In this document: in pieces, positions 23,395 through 36,746 of the stretch
Position numbering within the stretch: the first letter of the stretch is position 1
Layout: each line of letters begins with the position of its first letter
Assembly (NCBI GenBank): GCA_030390025.1
Contig: JASTWF010000033.1
Span: 5,272,001 to 5,336,000, forward strand
Direction of reading: 5' to 3'
Source of the DNA: Squalus acanthias
Taxonomy: Eukaryota
DNA length: 64,000 nucleotides
Position numbers and translations under genes: made by a program
The notes under the pieces: model-generated
The model's input: only the letters and a program-made list of their open reading frames with translations
What the model was told of the DNA's origin: nothing
Databases searched by the model: none

Positions 23395-25082
23395 ATCTTG
23401 ACCCACTTCGCCAAACGCAATGGTTTACTCTATTTACTCTATCAAACCTCACATCATCTTGAAAACCTCGATTAGGTAACCTGTTAACCAGGTAACCTGC
23501 TGCAAGGAGAACAGTCCTAACTTTTGCAAACTCTCCTCATAACTGAAGAACCTCATCCCTGGTAACATCCTGGTAAACCTACTCTGTTCACTTTCTAAGG
23601 CCTTTACATCTTTCCTGAAGTGTGGTGCTCAGAATGGTCAACAATACTCCAGCTGAGGCTTTACCAGTGATTTATAAATTTCTAGCATGATCTCTTCTCT
23701 TTTATATTCTATTCCTCTATTTAAAACCCAAGTAAACCAGATATATTTTAACCAACTTGTCAACTTGCCCTGCCACCTTTAAGGATTTGTGTATATGGAC
23801 ATCTTGGTTCCTCTGATAATTTAAATATTTCAAAATTGTGCCATGTATAGTTCACTGTCTTTCCCTTGTAGTCCTCCCAAAGTGCATCACTTACACTTCT
23901 CCGCACTTCTCTGCCATGCTTCTCCACATCGCACCATCCTTGCTATGTCATCATGAAGCCTGTAACTATTCTCATTACTATCTATTGCTTTTCCAAGTGT
24001 CGTATCGTCTGTAAACTTTATAATGCTACTCACTAGGTTCTTTATAAAAAAAATGAAATGAGTAATGGACACAAAATTACCCTTGGAGGACACCACGGCA
24101 AACTACCTCCCAGTACGAAAAACCTCCATCCAATATCACCATTTGCTTCCTGTCACTGAGCCAAGTTTGTATCCATACCGCCACATTCCACTTGATTACA
24201 ACTTCTTAACAAGCCACATATCCAAGTTTGCCGATGACACAAGGATAGGCGGCATTGTAAGCAATGTGGATGGAAACATCACATTCCAAATAGATAGTAA
24301 TCAATTAAGTGACTTGACAAAACTGTGGCAACTGGGTTTTAACGGAGGCAAAGTGAGATCATCGACTTTGGACCTAAAAAGGAAAGATCAGAGAACTTTC
24401 TAAATGGTGACAAGCTGGAACAGTGGAGGTCCACAGAAACTTACAGTCCGTGTAGATAAATCATTAAAATGCCATGGACAGGTACAGAAAATAATCAAAA
24501 AGGCTAATGGAATGCTGGGATTTATACCTAGGGGACTAGGTTATAACGGGTAGAAGCTAGGCTACAGCTATACAAACCCCTGGTTAAACCTTACCTGGAA
24601 TACTGTGTTCAGTCCTGGGCACCACACCTTAGGAAGGATGCATTATCTTGGAGTGAGTGCAGCGTAGATTTACCAGAATGATACATAGAGTCCAAGGGTT
24701 ATATTACCAGGAGAGATTACAGAAACTGGGGCTGGATTCATGGAATTTAGAAGGTTATGGGGTGTTTTGAAAGACGTTTTCAAGATATTAAAGGGAACTG
24801 ATAGTGTCGATAGAGAGAAACTATTTCCGATGGTTGGGAAGTCCAGGTCTGGGGAACACTTCAATATGCAAAGGGTGGTAGACATTTGGCAAGCTCTCCA
24901 AAAAAGGCAGTTGATGCTAGGTCAATTGCAAATTTTAAATCTGAAGTTGATGGATTTTTGTTAACTAAAAGAATTCTGGGGACTAAGGCTGTTATATTGA
25001 GCTCGGTCACAGTTCAACCATGATCTCAATGAATGGCAGAACAGGCTCGAGGGGCTAAATGGCCTGCTCCTGTTCTATGTCA
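23395..25082. mobile_element. Two degraded CR1 fragments, minus (~23395-24210) and plus (~24210-25082)
   Basis: KFTDDT on minus; ISKFADDT, MVGKSR and a terminal hairpin on plus. Confidence 0.75.
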
Positions 25083-25121
25083 ATGCACGAATGTGGAGAT
25101 TAGATTCGTGATATAAATGAA

Positions 25122-25195
25122 CACCTGACCAGGAACCTGAACCCTGGAACTAAAGATTATAAAGTCTGATGCTCTACTGACTGGGCAATCCACGC
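25122..25195 (-). pseudogene. tRNA-Lys(TTT) pseudogene
   Basis: Reverse complement GCGTGGATTGCCCAGTCAGTAGAGCATCAGACTTTATAATCT...CAGGGTTCAGGTTCC follows Lys-TTT, with an anticodon-loop insertion. Confidence 0.8.
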
Positions 25196-26984
25196 TCTGG
25201 ATCTCAGGCTCACACAGCGACCTTCACCGGCTGCCGTGCATCATTACACCCTCTATATTTTCCATTTGCTTCTCCATTGATCCACTCTGTACAGCACATT
25301 TTTCTCACACACCCAGACTGACTGCCTCACACAGGCTTCACTTGTGGAATATTCTCCCTCCCACAAACGACACGCTCTTTAGCAGCGGCGTCAGATGTGA
25401 GAAGTGCTGTTCCCCAGATATCTGTATTGGATCCTCATCTTTTCACCATGTTTATAGAGTGCTGTAGATTCATGTTTGTAGATGGCGCTAAATTAGGATG
25501 TACAGTAATAGTGCAAATGGGAGCGGGACTTAACCAAAGGGACAGAGATAGATGAAGCGAGTGGGTAAAACAAGACAACTTGAATTCATTGTGCGCAAGT
25601 GTGACCTCATCCAATTTGGAACCAAGTAAGATAATCAGTTTATTTTCTAAATGATTGAGGAGAAAAGAGGTTTGTGAGTGCCAGTTCCCAAATCATTAAA
25701 CACTAGTAGACATGTACATACATCAGTCAAAAGTCTAATGTAACCCTGCCCTTTATCACAAGGGGGCTGGACATGGAGGAGGAGGTTATGCGTCAGTTGT
25801 ATGGACCCTTGTTCACTGCCATCAGAATCACTGCATTCAGATACTGCCTGGCCTGCTGAGTATTCCCAGCATTTTCTGTTTTTATTTCAGATTTCCAGCA
25901 TCTGCAGTATTTTGCTTTGGTAATAGAAATCTGGAACCCTGTTCTCAAAGAGGCTGTGGATTTTCGGAAAACTGTTTCGAATTGTATCAATCAGTTTTGC
26001 TAAAGTTCACACAACGACCTTCACTGGCTGACGTGCATCAATACACCCTCTACAATTTGCATTTCCTTCTCCAGTAATCCCGCCTGTACAGCGCATTTCT
26101 CTCACACACCCAGACTGACTGCCTCTCACAGGCTTCACTTCAGAAATATTCTTCCTCCCACAAGCGACACGCTGTTTAGCAGCGGCATCAGATGTGAGAA
26201 GTGCGGTCCCCCAGATATCTGTATTGGATCGTCATCTTTTCACCATATTTATGAATGACTTGGACGGAGCAACAGAGTGCGGCAGCTCCAAGTTCGCACT
26301 AAGTTAGGAGGCACTGTAGTAGTAAGCGACAGACAGATGTAGTGAGTGGGCACAATTATGTCAAATCGAGTTCATTGTACAAAAGATCATCCACTTTGGA
26401 ACCAACTAAGATAGATCTGAGTATTTTTAAATGATGGGGAGCTATTAATTTGTGGAGCAAAGATCTTTGTGAGTACGAGTTCACAAATAAGTAAAAACAA
26501 GTATACATGTACAAAAATGCATTCGATAAATTCACTCCTCATAAGAGGCTGTTAGCTAAAGCTGATGCTCGTGGAATTGAAGGCACATTATTGTCCTGGT
26601 TAGGAAATTGGTTGAGTGACAGGATACAGAGTGTACAGATAATGGGCAGGTACTTCAGTTGGCAGGATATGACTAGTGGTGTCCCGAGGGTTCTGTGTTG
26701 GGGCCTCACCTATTCACCGTATTTATTAACGATTTAGATGATGGGATTCAGAGCCACATATCCAAGCGTGACGATGATACAGATAGGTGGCATTGTAAGC
26801 AGTGTAGATTGAAGCATGAACTTACATAGAGATATTAATAGACTGTAAATGGGCAAAATTGTGGCAACTGGATTTAAGAAGTGTGAGGTCATCCACATAG
26901 GACCTAATAAGGATAGATCAGAATACTTTCTAAATGGTAAAAGGCTAGAAAAAGTGCAGGTTCCAAGAAACATTCATTGTACAT

Positions 26985-27335
26985 ATGGGTACAGTAGCAT
27001 AGTGGTTATGTTATTCATTATTAATCCTGAGGTCATCACGAGAGATGGGTTCTAAATCCGCCCACAGCAGCTGGGAAATTTATATTCAATTAAATAATCA
27101 ATCAGTAATGGCAAAACTACCATATCGTCGCAAAAAAGCATCTGGTTCCACCATTGAGCCAAATCTGCCATTCTGGCCTATATGTGATTCCAGACCCACA
27201 GCAATTTGGGTAACTTTTAACTGCACTCTGAAATGATCTAGCAAACCACTCACTTTTATTCAAGAAGGCAGCTCACCACCACCAATAAAAACTGGCCTTG
27301 CTGGCGGCGTCCACATGTCCAATGAATAAAATAAT
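26985..27335 (+). mobile_element. tRNA-headed SINE inserted in a CR1 fragment
   Basis: A-box-like TAGCATAGTGG and B-box-like GGTTCTAATCC variant; tail similar to the 3' end of the LINE at 27645-28832. Confidence 0.65.
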
Positions 27336-27644
27336 CATTAAAATAGCATGGGCAGGTATATCTAGGAGATTCCAATATAGACATGTGCTGCTGATGCTCC
27401 AGCAATACAAAGCCCTGTTAAAAATACAGCTGGAGGATTGGGTTCAGTTCTGGGCCCCTGAGGAAGGTTGTATTTTCTTTGGAGGTGAGCGAATAGGGGA
27501 GATAGAAAAAAAACATTTCCGATGTTTGGGACGTCTAGGACTGGGGGACAAAGCTTAAAAAATTAGAGCCAGGGGTTAAGTTAGGAAACAATTCGATGTG
27601 AAAAGTGTGGTAGAAATTTGGAATTCCCTGCCGCAAATGGCAGT

Positions 27645-28832
27645 TTTAGAGGTGAGGTGAGAGTGACTGTCCTTGACATCAAGGCAGCATTTGACCGAGT
27701 GTGGAATCCAGGGGCACTAGTAAAATTGAAGTCGATGGTAATCAGGGGTAAAACTCTCCACTGGCTGGAGTCATACCGAGCACAACGGAAGATGGTTGTT
27801 GTGGTTGAATGTCAATCATCACAGCCCCAGGACATCGCTGCAGGAGTTCCTCAAGGCAGTGTCCTCGACCCAACCATCTTCAGTTGCTTCATCAATGACT
27901 TTCCCCCCATCATAAGGTCAGAAGTCGGGATGTTCTCTGATGACTGCACTGTTCAGCGTTATTCACAACTCCACAGATAACGAAGCAGTCCATGCGCGCA
28001 TGCAACAAGACATGGATGACGTTCAGGCTTGGGTTGATAAGTGACAGGTAACATTCGCGCCACAAAAGTGTGAGGCAATGACTATCTCCAACAATCGTGT
28101 GTCTAACCACCTCCCCTTGACATTCAATGGCATTACCATCGCCGAATCCATCCCATCAATATGCTGGGGTTCAACATTGATCAGAAACTAAACTGGATCA
28201 GCCACAAAAATACTGTGGCTGCAAGAGCAGGTCCGAGGCTGGGTATTCTGCGGCGATTGTCTCACCTCCTGACTCCCCAAAGCCTTTCCACCATCTACAA
28301 GACACAAGTCAGGAGTGTGATGGAATACTCTCCACTTGCCTGGATGAGTGCAGCTCCAACAACACTCAAGAAACTCGACACCATCCAGGACAAAGCAGCC
28401 CGCTTGATTGGCACCTCATCTACCAGCTTAAACATTCACGCCCTCCACCACCGGCGAACCATGGCTGCAGTGTGTACCATCTACAAGAGGCACTGCAGCA
28501 ACTCGCCAAGGCTTCTTCGGCAGCACATCCCAAACATGCGACCTCTACCACCTAGAAGGACGAGGGCAGCAGGCTCATGGGAACTCCACCACCTCCAAGT
28601 TCCCCTCCAAGTCACACACCATCCTGACTTGGAAATATATCGCCGATCCATCATCATTGCTGAGACAAAATCCTGGAGCTCCCTTCCTAACAGCACTATG
28701 GGAGTACCTTCACCTCATGAACTGCAGTGATTCAAGAAGGTGGGTCATCACCACCTTCAAAGGGGCATTAGGAATAGAAATTAAATGCTGGCATTGCCAG
28801 CGAAGCCCACATCCCAAGAATGAAGAAAAAAG
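27645..28832 (+). mobile_element. LINE RT 3' fragment of a separate CR1/L2-group family
   Basis: LDIKAAFDRVW, GVPQGSVLDP, FSDD, YKTQVRSVMEYSP; A-rich end. Confidence 0.85.
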
Positions 28833-29175
28833 GAATTATTGGTGAAGTTTAAAAAAAAAGTTATTTAACTTTTTCTTTTGTCTCTTGTATCTGTCACTCT
28901 CTTAATTGCAACTTACAATTATCTCTTTATTTCGCTTTCTGTTCTTGATTTGTCACTGAATTAACTGTTCTAATTTACGCTTCCTGGTTCAGCCCCTGAG
29001 AGCCTCAATAAGGATTTTCTAATCTGATTGGTTGAGGAGTTGCACAGTTGCTTGTCCTGTTCACCCGGGTCCCAGAACCCCTGTAGAGGGCGCCGCGCTG
29101 TTTTGGATTTCCAATCACCGCAATTTTCCAGAGCAAAAGCCCGGAGAAAATCTGTGGTCAAGTGGAAGTGTAATA

Positions 29176-29586
29176 TAGACATAGAATCTAGGAGCAGGAG
29201 TAGGAGTAGGCCATTCGGCCCATCGAGCCTGCTCCGCCATTCACTACGATCATGGCTGATCATCCCTGCTTTAATCCCCACAGTACACATATCCCACCCT
29301 ACCCCCGTAACCCCACGTATTTAATTCCCCCTAACATATCCCATCCTGTCCCCATAACCCCACATATTTAATCCCCCCTAACACTAAGGGTCAATTTATC
29401 ATAGCCAAATCAACCTAACCCACACATTTTTGGACTGTGGGAGGAAACCGGAGCACCCGGAGGAAACCCACGCAGACACGGGGAGAATGTGCAAACTCCA
29501 CACAGACAGTCACCCGAGGTCAGATTCGAACCCGGGTCTCTGGCGCTGTGAGGCACCAGTGCTAACCACTATGCCACCGTGTTGCC
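29176..29586 (-). mobile_element. HE1-like V-SINE
   Basis: tRNA head, V-domain (CTGTGTGGAGTTTGCACATTCTCCCCGTG...) and CR1-derived tail. Confidence 0.92.
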
Positions 29587-29639
29587 GTAATGAACGGCGA
29601 GCGCTGCTAGTTCACTGCTGACCGCAAAATCCGAGCCAA

Positions 29640-31175
29640 AATTTCGGACAGATGACCAAAACCGTGGTCAAACCGGGAGGTTATAAGGAGCGTCTTAAAG
29701 GAGGTGAGAGTTGGAGAGATTTAGGGAGGTAATGCCAGAGTTGAAGGACTGAACGGCTGAAGGCACGGCCACCAATGGAGGGCTGAAGAATGTGAGCGAT
29801 GCACAAGAGGCCGGGTAGGAGCACCGCAGATTTATCAGAAACTTTAAAAATTAAATCTCGCAATATCTACTCTTGTAAGGATGTAACTGCACATTATAGG
29901 TCTTGTAGAGCTGGGGGTTGTTGCAGAGATAGGGAGGGGCGAGTCAATGATGGAGAATTTTCAAATCGAGTCGTTTCAGGACCGGGAGCCAGTGTAGATC
30001 AGCGGACACAGGGCTGAGCTGCGATTCGGACTTAGTGCGAGTTAGGTTACAGGCAGCAGAGTTTTGGATGAGCTCATGTTTATGGAGAGTGGAAGATGTG
30101 AGGCAGTTCAGGAGAGTTTTGGATTAGGCAAGTCTGGAGGTGACAATGATATGGATGAGGATTTTGTGCCAGATGGAGCAGAGCTGATCGATGTGACACA
30201 GTCTTTGTGATGGACAGGATCTGGGGTCAGAAGCTCAGCTCAGGGACAAACAGGACAGTGAAGTGGACAGCAGTCCATTTCAGCCTGAGACAATGGCCAG
30301 GGATTGGGATGGAATCAGCGGCTGGTGAATGGAGTTTGTGCGGGGATCATAGAAAATAGCTACAATGTGCCCAATGTTTAATTGGAGGAAATTTATGTTT
30401 TTTCCAGGACTGGATATCAGACACGTAGTTATACAACACAGAGACAATGGACTGGTTGAGAGAGGTGGTGGTGAGCTACAGCTGTGTGGCATCAGCTTAT
30501 ATGTGGAATCTGACAATGAGTTTTCGAATGATGTCGCCGAGGGCAGCATGTAAATGTACAATAGCAGGGAGGTGAGGATAGTTCCCTTGGGGTCTCCAGA
30601 GGTAATGGTGCGGGATCGGGAACCGAAGGCATTGCAGCATATTCTCTGGTCCTGACTGCGGGGGTAACAATGGAAACAGGCGAGGGCGGTCCCACACAGC
30701 TCAATGATGGAGAAATGGATTGAAGGAGGATGGTGTAGTCAACCGTGTCAAAAGGGGAAGAATGAGGAGGGATAGTGCGCCACGGATAACATAGGATATC
30801 ATTTGTGACTTTGATAAGGGGCATTTCAGTGCTGTGGCAGAGACGGGAACCAGATTGGAGAGGTTCACACATGAAGTTGCGGGAAAGATAGGCACGGATT
30901 TGGGAGAGGGCAATACGTTCAAGGACTTTGGAGAGGAATAGGAGGTCGGAGATGGGCAGTATTTTGCTAAGATAGAGGGGTCGGGGTGGATTTGTAGGAG
31001 GGTTGATAACGGCAGATTTGGAAGAGTGTGGAACAGTACCGGAGCAGAGGGAACCGTTCACAATATTAGCCAGCATGGGGGCCAGGGAGGGAAAGGGTTG
31101 GTCAGCAATTTAGTGGGAAGACGGTCGAGAGACTCAGAGCTGGGTCTCATGGGCAAGATGAGCTTGAAGATGGCA
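29640..31175 (-). mobile_element. Degraded L2 LINE
   Basis: FLSKVLER, HSTEMPLIKVTNDIL, FDTVDYTILL, IGGRAFS. Confidence 0.85.
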
Positions 31176-31204
31176 TTACTAGAAATAGCAGAAAATGGGA
31201 AATT

Positions 31205-31536
31205 GAGGAGAACACAGTAACTGTTCAATTAGAAATATAGTACAGAGTAATTTAGGGGAAACAGCAACTGCTTAAATAGAAATAGAGAACAGGGGGAGTA
31301 AGGGGAACACAGTAACTGTTTAATTAGAAACAGAGAACAGGGGGAGTAAGGGGAACATGGTCACTGTTTAGTTAGATATAGCGGACAGGACGATTTAGGG
31401 GAACACAACTGTTTAAATAGAAATAGAGGACTGGGGATTTAGCGGAACACAGTAACTGTTTAATTGGAAACAGAGAACAGGGGAAGAAAGGGGAACACTG
31501 TAACTATTAAATTAGAAAAGAAGACAGAAATAGGGG
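31205..31536. repeat. ~48-bp minisatellite, about 7 units
   Basis: Unit AACACAGTAACTGTTTAATTAGAAACAGAGAACAGGGGGAGTAAGGGG. Confidence 0.9.
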
Positions 31537-34078
31537 TCTTCAAATATCCGAATATAGACTGGGACAGTAATAGTGTAAAGGGCCAAGAGGGCGAAGAATT
31601 TCTGAAGTGTGTTCAGGAGAACTTTCTTGATCAATATGTTTCCGGCCCAACAAGGAAGGAAGCATTGCTTGATATGGTTCTGGGGAATGAGGTGGGTCAA
31701 GTGGAGCAAGTGTCAGTCGGGGAACATTTAGGGAACAATGATCATAGAATCATAAGCTTTAGATTAGCTATGGAAAAGCACAAGGAGCAATCTAGAGTGA
31801 AATAGTTAATTGGTGGAAGGCCACTTTGAGTGGGTTGAGAACGGATCTGGCCTGGGTGAATTAGAATCAAAGATTATCAGCAAAACTATAATCGAACAAT
31901 GGGCTGCATTTAAAGATGAGATGGTTTTTGTACAGTCGAGGTACATTCCCACGAGGGGCAAAGGTAGGGCAACAAAAGCCAGAACTTCCTGGATGGCGAA
32001 AGAGAAAGAAAGGAACATGAAGCAGAAAAAGAGTGCATATGGCAGATGTCTAGTTGAGTATAAAAGTGAGAACCAGGTTGAATATAAAAAGTTCAGAGGG
32101 GAAGTGAAAAAGGAAAGAAGAGAATATGAGAATACACTGGCAGCTAACATAAAATGGAATCCAGAAGTCTTCTATAGGCATACCAATAATAAACGGGCAG
32201 TAGGAGGAAGGGTGGGTCGATTAGGGACCAAAAAGGACACCCAAACATAGAGGCTGAGGTACTAAATAAGTACTTTGCATCTGTCTTTACTAAGGAAGAA
32301 TATGCTGCCAAAGTCATAGTGAAATAGGAGATACTGGATCGGATAAAAATTTAGAAAGAGGAGGTACTAGATAGGCTGGCTGTACTTAAAGTAGATAAGT
32401 CACCAAGACCGGATGGGATATATCCTAGAATGCTCAGGGAAGTAAAGGTGGACATTGTGGAGGTACTGACCATAATCTTCCAATCCTCTTTAAATAAGGG
32501 GGTGGTGCCAGAGGACTGTAGAATTGCAATTTTTACACCCTTGTTCCAAAAAGGGTGTAAGGATAAACCCAGCAACTACAGGTCAGTCAGATTAACCTCG
32601 GTAGAGGGGAAGCTTTTAGAAAGGATAATGCGGGACAAAATTAGCAGTCACATGGACAAATGTGAATTAATTAAGGAAAGCCAGCACGGATTTGTTAAGA
32701 GCAAATAGTGTTTAGCTAACTTGCTTGAGTTTTTTGATGAGGTAACCGAGAGGGTTGATTAGGACCCATCGTGCTGCGCCGGCCATCAAGCCTTATCTAA
32801 GGCACTGTTACACTGGCCAAGAATCGAACACCGGGCTGCGGTGGTGAGTAGCGCTGAATCCTAACCACTAGACCAGCAGGGAAGCTTTATGTGGTTTACA
32901 TGGACTTCAAAAAGGCATTTGATAAAATGCCACAAAGTAGGATTGCCAGGAAAGTTAATGCCCATGGAATAAAAGGGACAGTGGTAGCATGGATACGAAA
33001 TTGTCTAAGTGACAGGAAACAGAGAGCAGTGGTGAACGGTTGCTTTTTGGACTGGAGGAAGATATACAATGTTGTTCACCAGGGGCCGGTACCAGGACCA
33101 CTGCTTTATTGATATATATTAATGACTTGGACTTGGGTGTACAGGGCACAATTTCAAAATCCCCAGATAACACAACACTTGGAAGTATAGTGAACAGTGA
33201 GGAGGAGAGGGATAGACTTCTGGAAGACATCGGCAGGCTGGTGAAATGGGCGGACACGTGGCAAATGAAATTTAACTCAGAATATTGCGAAGTGATACAT
33301 TCTGTTAGGAAGAATGAGGAGAGGCAAAATAAACTAAAGGGTATAATTCTAAAGGGGGTGCAGGAACAGAGACACATGAGGGTATATGTGCACAAATCGT
33401 TGAAGGTGGCAGGGCAGGTTGTGAAAGTGGTTAAAAAAGCAAATGGGATCTTGGGTTTCATAAATAGAGGCATAGAGTACAAAAGCAAGGAATTTATGAT
33501 GAACTTGTATAAAATACTGGTCCGACCTCAACTGGATTATTGTGTCCAATTCTGGGCACCGCACTTTAGGAAGGATGTGAAGGCCCTATAGAGGGTGCGG
33601 AAAAGATTTAGAAGAATGGTTCCAGGGTTGAGGGACTGCAGTTATGTGGATAGACTGGAGAAGCTGGGGCTGTTCTCCTTAGAGCAGAGAAGGCTGAGAG
33701 GAGATTTGATAGAGGTGTTCAAATTCATGCAGGGTCTAGACAGAGCAGATAGAGATAAACTGTTCCCATTAGCGGAAAGGTCGAGATCCAGAGGACACAG
33801 ATTTAATGTGATTGGCAGAAGAAGCAAAGGCGACATGAGGGAAAACTTTTTTACGCAGCGAGTGGTCAAGATCTGGAATGCACTGCCTGGAAGGGTGGAG
33901 GAGGCAGATTCAATCGTGGCTTTCAAAATGGAATTGGATAAGTACCTGAACGGAAAAAAAAATCAGGGCTAATGGGAAGGGCGGGGGAGTGGAACTAGCT
34001 GAAGTGCACTTGCAGAGAGCCGTCAAGGCTCGATGGGCCGAATGACCTCCTTCTGTGGCCCAAATGTTTATGATTGTA
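31537..34078 (+). mobile_element. Long degraded CR1 ORF2 with 3' end
   Basis: APE and RT motifs in several frames (FLDQYV, NYRSV, YMDFKKAFDK, RRLRGDL). Confidence 0.92.
32808..32882 (-). pseudogene. tRNA-Glu(CTC)-derived copy inside a CR1
   Basis: Reverse complement TCCCTGCTGGTCTAGTGGTTAGGATTCAGCGCTACTCACC...GTTCGATTC. Confidence 0.85.
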
Positions 34079-34987
34079 GAATTGCCCTTTTCAATGGTAT
34101 AGCATTTTCCAATATAATAGTCCTTTGCAATATAATCGTGCATTGCAGTGGACTGTCACTTTATAGGGCGCACAGCTTGTGTTGCAGAGCGGGGTCCTGC
34201 CTGGACTCTATGTGTGGCCATTGTCTGGAGCCGCTCACAGGCTGTGCTGCTGCTCACAGACACACCCAGGCCGGCAGCACATGGCGCAGGAATGAAGGAA
34301 GGAAGGAATGGCGGCTGCAGCTCACCAGCTCGGCTCCTGTGTGAGTGAGAGAGTGCGTGTGGAGCTCAGGACTACAAGGGGCAGGGGGAGTGGAGGGGGT
34401 GAACAGGCATATAGGGGGTGAGTGACGCCCTAGGAGATGGGCAGAGAGGGAGGGTGAAAAGAAGTAAATACTGTCAAGAATAAGTAATAATAATATCTGT
34501 ACTTTACTTCTGTAAAGGAAATGTCTGTCTGTCTGTGTTTTGCATAGAGTGGAATCAAAGGAATGGAAAGATCTCACAGCAGCTTTTGCTCTGAAAATAT
34601 GCCAAGCACATTCCTCAATAAATCCCAGTCCAGAAAAAAATCAAATGGATTATTCTGAAAATAATTTTAAAAATATATATTATATATTTGTTTTTACAAA
34701 AATCTTGTCTTGGGTGGGTTGGGTTGGGAATTAAAGGGAGAGTAAGATCCCACAGCAGGATATGCTCTGAAACACCTCAAAAATATCCCGATAAAGTCCA
34801 GTCCAGAGAAAAAACAAATGGCTTGAAAGAAAGGCAAAGTGAGATCCCACAGCAGTGCAGTCTGGAATGAAATCAGCATGATCTAATGGTGTACACTTTC
34901 TGCTTTTTTCCAGGCATGAGATGCAGTACCAAAGCACACAGCAGGTAACTTGAACGCAGAGAAACCCTGCATACACACCAGCTTTTG

Positions 34988-35030
<43 letters not shown>

Positions 35031-35034
<4 letters not shown>

Positions 35035-35468
35035 GGTGGCATAGTGGTTAGCACTGGTGCTTCACAGCGCCAGGGACCCGGGTTCAAATCTGATCTCAGG
35101 TAACTGTCTGTGTGGAGTTTGCACATTCTCCCCGTGTCTGCGTGGGTTTCCTCCGGGTGCTCCGGTTTCCTCCCACAGTCCAAAAATGTGCGGGTTAGGT
35201 TGATTTGGCTATGATAAAATTGACCCTTAGTGTTAGGGGGTGATTAAATATGTGGGGTTATGGGGATAGGATGGGATATGTTAGGGGGAATTAAATACGT
35301 GGGGTTACGGGGATAGGGTGGGATAGGTGCAGGCTCGATGTGGGGATTCTGTGTGAGAAAGCAGGGACAGGGTACTGGATTTGGATGATCAGCCATGATC
35401 GTATTGAATGGTGGAGCAGGCTCGACGGGCCGAATGGCCTACTCCTGCTCCTAGTTTCTATGTTTCTA
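35031..35468 (+). mobile_element. HE1-like V-SINE in a (CA)n tract
   Basis: Same structure as 29176-29586; absent from the paralog at ~37860. Confidence 0.92.
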
Positions 35469-36020
35469 CACACACATACAGGCCAGCCTGCAAAATTGCC
35501 ACTAAACACTGTCAGCATGAAAGAAAGTTGATTTCTCGCATTGCTCTGCTGTGTTTGGCAGTTTAAAAGCAAAAAAAAACATTTATAGTATCTTATTTCA
35601 TTTTGCGGCCTACAGAAACAGGCTTTCTATTCTGCATCAAAAGCAAAATACTGCGGATGCTGGAAATCTGAAATTAAAACAGAAACTGTTGGAAATACTC
35701 AGCAGGTCAGACAGCATCTATGGAGAGAGAGAGAAATAGAGTTAATGATTCAGCTCGATGAACTTTGGTCATATTCTAGCAAAGTTCTGACAAAAGGTCA
35801 TCGAGTTGAAACACTAACTCTGTTTCTCTCTCCACAGATGCTGCCTGGCCTGCTGTGTATTTCCAGCATTTTCTGTTTTGATTTCTATTCTGCATGTTGT
35901 CTTGATTTCATTAGTCTCTCTCACTGCCAGCCTGCCTTGTCTTGATTTCAGTGGAGTGGAATAGAAAGAAAGCAATGATCCCAGAGCAGCTTTTACTGTC
36001 AGACAGTCCACAAAGACATT

Positions 36021-36746
36021 GGCCCAAAAATTAGTCTCACTACGCGAGAGTACGCACTGTGTACTCTCGCGTATTCTGTCTCCAATTGCCGGTTTTCTGC
36101 ATGCACTGCGCATGCGCTGAAAACCGGCGCTTGGTGATTTCAAAAGGGGGCGGTTCCTAAGTGAACCGCGTGCGCGCTACAGGCTGCGCGCACGCAGTGC
36201 ACTTAGTGCTTTGAACGCGCAGGCAAGCATGGAAGTTTTTGCACATAAAGAAAGGAGGCGTAAGACCCTCTTTTAACAAGGTAAGTCATTAATTAAGTAT
36301 TATTTTGAACTTTTTTCAACAGGTATATCTTTTTTAGAGACTTTAAAGAAAGGTAAGTTTATTTTTATAACTTTTTAAAAGATTTTAATTTTTTTTGTTT
36401 AAAGTGGTTAATTTATTTAACTATACTGATTTTATTAATGTGATGGTTTTTCTTTAAATTTAATTGAGGTTTAGCTGTTCTTTTGGGGGGGTATAGATTC
36501 AAAGCTTTCACAGCACTTGATGTGAAAACTATGAATGAAAGATGGTGTGCTGCCACTGGCTCTAACTGAATCACGTGACACACAGCTCGCACGAATTAAC
36601 TGCGCCTGTGGGATACGGAAGCACTGCCCAGCTGCTGTCTAGAACATCAAGTTCGTGCGAGCTGGGAATGAAAAAGCCGGCGGGCCGTGTGATATGGCGG
36701 GGAAGCCTTACCCCCGCACGAAGGTTCCCTCACTAATTTTTGGGCC
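36021..36746. mobile_element. MITE family 2, copy 2, ATT TSD
   Basis: ATT-GGCCCAAAAATTAGT ... ACTAATTTTTGGGCC-ATT. Confidence 0.9.
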
